Below are positions 28,986 to 32,000 of a stretch of 32,000 nt of DNA, one piece after another (the stretch's first letter is position 1; every line of letters starts with the position of its first letter). Both the position numbers and the translations under genes were made by a program. Below the pieces are notes generated by a model. That model was not told the DNA's origin, did not search any database, and saw nothing but the letters and a program-made list of their open reading frames with translations. Source of the DNA: Pseudoalteromonas translucida KMM 520 (GTDB lineage Bacteria; Pseudomonadota; Gammaproteobacteria; Enterobacterales; Alteromonadaceae); assembly GCF_001465295.1 (NCBI RefSeq), contig NZ_CP011034.1:150001-182000 (forward strand). Direction: 5' to 3'.

Positions 28986-29009
28986 AAAAAAGCCTGCAAT
29001 AATGCAGGC
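28986..29009 (-). terminator. Intrinsic terminator after the DUF2959 gene
   Basis: GCCTGCA (28992-28998) pairs with TGCAGGC (29003-29009). On the minus strand it is followed by TTTTTT (complement of 28986-28991). Confidence 0.8.
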
Positions 29010-29033
29010 AAATTTAAATATAATATCAACTAA

Positions 29034-29690
29034 TTAACCGGCACTATTCATTTGTTCAATAAATTTATTTGAGTCGGCAATCGATTTATTCATGTCGTTC
29101 ATTAGCAATTGTATATCGCGTTTAAGGTTAGTGAACTCACCTTTAATAGCCGATACCGCTTGTGCGTTTAAGTTATGTTTTAAGTATAAAACGTTATCAT
29201 GAAGCGATGTTAATACCGGCTCCATTTTGCTCTCTGCGCTGCGCATTGAGCGTAATAGCTGATCAAATTGACGCTTAGTCGCGGCTAGCTTTTTACTGCT
29301 TTCACGCTTAAGTGATGCGCTTTTGTACTGCTCTAGCTCATCGCTCCACTCATCAAATAAGGCTTCTGCTACGTCTTCTACTTTATTGATGTTAGTTGAC
29401 ACTTCGTTAGCGGCTTTTAAGCTCGACTCATAGTCATCGTTTAACTGATTATAGGTGTCTTGCAGTTCGCCACCATTAAAATCAATAAGTGTAGTTAAGC
29501 GCTCAAGCGCTGACTTAAACTCTTCTTGAGACTCTTGTTGCGAATCTTTGGTTTCTTCTACGCGGTCAATAAGAATATCGCGCTTGTGTACGCCTACTTT
29601 TTCCATGGCCGAGTAATAAGCCGACTGGCAACCCGATAATGTTAGTACAAGTGCAAGTACGGTAACACTCAGTAATGTTTGTTTTTTCAT
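29034..29690 (-). CDS. DUF2959 family lipoprotein
   Basis: MKKQTLLSVTVLALVLTLSGCQSAYYSAMEKVGVHKRD: signal peptide with lipobox LSGC. The conserved QSAYYSAMEKVG start recalls DUF2959. The remainder is predicted to be all-helical coiled coil. Confidence 0.8.
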   Translation of the reverse strand: MKKQTLLSVTVLALVLTLSGCQSAYYSAMEKVGVHKRDILIDRVEETKDSQQESQEEFKSALERLTTLIDFNGGELQDTYNQLNDDYESSLKAANEVSTNINKVEDVAEALFDEWSDELEQYKSASLKRESSKKLAATKRQFDQLLRSMRSAESKMEPVLTSLHDNVLYLKHNLNAQAVSAIKGEFTNLKRDIQLLMNDMNKSIADSNKFIEQMNSAG

Positions 29691-29777
29691 TTGGTTTCCT
29701 ATTTACGTGTGTTAATGCTGTAAATTATGGTGCTGATTGTTATTATGGTCAAAATTATATTAGCACAAGTCAATGTT

Positions 29778-30680
29778 ATGAACGATAAGCTCTCTTATTA
29801 TAAACAGCAAGTTGGATCTTTTTTGCGGCAGCAACCCGGCTGGTGGATGCAATATATTAACCGCTGTATTGATGACCAAATAACCGTTAATGCGGGCTAT
29901 TTAGCTTATGTAACTTTGCTGTCTTTGGTGCCATTGATTGCCGTAGGTGTGGCGATATTTTCGGCTTTTCCGGGGTTTGAATCAACTCGGTTAGCAATTG
30001 AAAGCTTTTTATTTACTAACTTTGTGCCTACCTCGTCAGATGTTATTAAAGAGCATATTAGCTCGTTTGCGGGCAATGCAAATCAAATGACCGCAGTGGG
30101 TATTGGCTTTTTAGCTGCTATTGCCTTGTTACTTATTCGTAATGTTGATGCCACGCTTAACCGTATTTGGCGAATTAAGAAAAAGCGTCCAATGATGATT
30201 TCGTTTGCCGTTTATTGGATGGTACTCAGTTTAGGACCCGTATTTTTAGGCGGCAGTATTGCTGTTACTTCGTATATTGTATCGCTGGTGTCGTTTGCTG
30301 ATCAGGGAATTCCGGGGTTTAGTGGCTTTTTATTAAAGTTATTGCCGTACGGCATTTCGATGGTGGGTTTTATTATGCTCTACACCTTGGTGCCCAACAC
30401 TCGAGTGTCGTTTAAAGCGGCGATACCTGGGGCACTATTTGCTGCCATGTTGTTTGAGTTAACTAAAAAAGGTTTTGCGCTTTATATTAGCCACTTTCCA
30501 TCTTATGAAGTTATTTATGGTGCAGTTGCTACCATTCCTATTTTGTTTGTGTGGATATATTTGTCGTGGATAGTGGTGTTGTTAGGCGCTGAGCTTACGG
30601 CGTGTATTAGCCCTGAAAATATTGAAGACACGCCCGAAATAGAGCTAGACGAGCAACCAAATACAAAGGATACGCTATAA
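29778..30680 (+). CDS. yihY: YihY/BrkB family inner-membrane protein
   Basis: NAGYLAYVTLLSLVPL, MTAVG, NRIWR, FAVYWM and VPILFVWIYLSWIVVLLGAE are colinear with E. coli YihY. The ATG at 29778 gives an N-terminal length like E. coli. The track start at 29727 adds 17 hydrophobic residues. Confidence 0.85.
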   Translation: MNDKLSYYKQQVGSFLRQQPGWWMQYINRCIDDQITVNAGYLAYVTLLSLVPLIAVGVAIFSAFPGFESTRLAIESFLFTNFVPTSSDVIKEHISSFAGNANQMTAVGIGFLAAIALLLIRNVDATLNRIWRIKKKRPMMISFAVYWMVLSLGPVFLGGSIAVTSYIVSLVSFADQGIPGFSGFLLKLLPYGISMVGFIMLYTLVPNTRVSFKAAIPGALFAAMLFELTKKGFALYISHFPSYEVIYGAVATIPILFVWIYLSWIVVLLGAELTACISPENIEDTPEIELDEQPNTKDTL

Positions 30681-30681
30681 A

Positions 30682-31119
30682 ATGCAAGGTTTAATACAAC
30701 GTGTAAAACATGCCAAAGTAGAAATTAATAACCAAGTAGTTGGCGAAATTGGCCAAGGAATTTTAGTGCTGTTGGGCGTTGAAAAACAAGATGACGAGCA
30801 AGCGGCCGATAAGTTACTGCATAAGATTAGTAATTACCGCATTTTTACTGACGAAAATGACAAAATGAACTTAAGTCTAAAAGATATTGCTGGTGAGCTA
30901 TTGGTGGTGTCGCAGTTTACTTTGGCGGCAAATACTAAAAAGGGCATGCGACCTAGCTTTTCATCGGCGGCAACCCCAAGCCAAGCTAATGAGTTATACG
31001 AGTACTTTGTAGCGCAAGCCAAGGCGCTTAATTTAACGGTTGCTACCGGTGAGTTTGGTGCCGATATGCAAGTGAGCTTGTGTAACGATGGGCCAGTAAC
31101 CTTTAATTTAGCTGTTTAG
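30682..31119 (+). CDS. dtd: D-aminoacyl-tRNA deacylase
   Basis: 145 aa. MQGLIQRV, SQFTL and the C-terminal NDGPVTF are Dtd signatures. It immediately follows yihY, as in E. coli. Confidence 0.95.
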   Translation: MQGLIQRVKHAKVEINNQVVGEIGQGILVLLGVEKQDDEQAADKLLHKISNYRIFTDENDKMNLSLKDIAGELLVVSQFTLAANTKKGMRPSFSSAATPSQANELYEYFVAQAKALNLTVATGEFGADMQVSLCNDGPVTFNLAV

Positions 31120-31831
31120 TGATCACCACGATATGATTTATATAGCCTGCTACTTTTTGCGGGCTAACTTTATAACCAAATACATTAAGTAATACTTGCT
31201 GTAACTGTTTTAATTGCGACTCATGTTGCGATAAAAAATTAATAAATAGCGTGCCGTTGTTGTTAAGGGCTGCGTGTATTTTTTGATAAAAAGCGGGTGC
31301 GAATAAAAATCGTGGCGCGTCTATTTGGCTAAATAAATCTAAAATAATCCAATCTATGTTGCGGGCGCGACCCAGTACTTGCTGGGCATCCTCACAAAGT
31401 AACCGCTGTGTATTATTACTAGGCACTTGCTGCGTAGTAAAAAACTTTTTATAACAACTAATTATATCTGCATTTATTTCAGCTGAGGTGATTTTTGCGT
31501 GTGGATATTGGTGCAGCAAATAATTACGAATTGCTCCGCCGCCAAGCCCCAGCTCGAGTACTTTTTTAGGAGTACTTAATGTGTGCCAATGCTGTGCTAA
31601 GCACTGTAAGTGTGGCAGTAATAAATTGCTTGGTTGCTGCTGCGTTACCACAGATTGCAGAGTGTCATTTATTAGCAGCCAACGCAGTTGCTGATGTTGG
31701 CGTACTTGAATGTGATCGCCCCCATATTTATGCCAATAAAGTAACTGGCCAACACTGTGGCTGTTTTCAATAAAATAGCTATTAATCAGGCCATTTACAG
31801 GGTTTATGTATTCGCTCATGTTGCTCAGCAT
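31103..31831 (-). CDS. Spermidine-synthase-like class I SAM-dependent methyltransferase family protein
   Basis: Motif I VLELGLGGGAI, acidic post-I SAEIN, and DWIILDLF. The start is ambiguous (31831 or 31819) and neither has a strong SD. Its 3' end overlaps dtd by 17 nt. Confidence 0.7.
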   Translation of the reverse strand: MLSNMSEYINPVNGLINSYFIENSHSVGQLLYWHKYGGDHIQVRQHQQLRWLLINDTLQSVVTQQQPSNLLLPHLQCLAQHWHTLSTPKKVLELGLGGGAIRNYLLHQYPHAKITSAEINADIISCYKKFFTTQQVPSNNTQRLLCEDAQQVLGRARNIDWIILDLFSQIDAPRFLFAPAFYQKIHAALNNNGTLFINFLSQHESQLKQLQQVLLNVFGYKVSPQKVAGYINHIVVITKQLN

Positions 31832-32000
31832 AAACTAGCATAGCTAAAGCGCAATGGCTTTTGTCATTAATTTTTTACACTTTGCATTTGCCATCACCAA
31901 AGTCGTATTGGCAGTTTTTTTTAGATGGAGTATGGTATTTGCCATAATTAAGTGACGTTGTATTTTATTTACGGCTTAACAGCAGGAGTATGTATGTTTC

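Noticed and set aside
31886-31945. 9-mer ATTTGCCAT repeated directly 51 nt apart (31886-31894 and 31937-31945) in the last intergenic region. Also a possible gene start (AGGAG then ATG at about 31994) at the window edge.
   Set aside because: My rough estimate gives a few-percent chance of such a repeat in a spacer of this size. The downstream gene is cut off after 2 codons, so neither an operator nor a CDS can be supported.

Overview
This is a 32-kb stretch of low-GC (about 40%) gammaproteobacterial chromosome. Gene order and protein sequences look Alteromonadales/Pseudoalteromonas-like, but that is inference only. It is almost entirely conserved housekeeping DNA.

Left to right the window holds:
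- a 3'-truncated hydrolase-like gene that is missing from the ORF track
- an EVE-domain gene, tesB and plsB
- a complete 11-gene S10 ribosomal-protein operon (rpsJ to rpsQ) with its own promoter, structured leader and terminator
- cysJIH, a DUF4124 gene, a small membrane-protein gene and acnA
- a 4-TM protein gene and a YbcJ-like S4 RNA-binding protein with a long tail
- a stand-alone CRP-like cNMP-binding protein, ntrC, ntrB, a second DUF4124 gene and glnA (sigma54 promoter plus NtrC enhancers)
- typA, an MBL-fold lipoprotein, a DUF2959 lipoprotein, yihY, dtd and a spermidine-synthase-like methyltransferase

I saw no rRNA, tRNA, CRISPR, transposase, integrase, phage or recognisable defence genes. 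Most transcription units end in clear intrinsic terminators, so an operon map can be read from the sequence.

I do not see convincing evidence for a self-contained novel multi-gene system. The best candidate for undescribed biology is the extended nitrogen-regulatory unit. An exported DUF4124 protein is wedged between glnA and ntrB. A DNA-binding-domain-less CRP-like sensor, and possibly the tailed S4 protein, follow ntrC with no intervening terminator.

Other points worth a look:
- The S10 operon is uncoupled from both the str and spc operons.
- A 30-bp AT-only inverted repeat lies in the glnA/typA control region.
- A 337-nt ORF-free convergent spacer carries a REP-like palindrome.

All functional statements rest on motif recognition by eye and remembered homologues. 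No searches were run.
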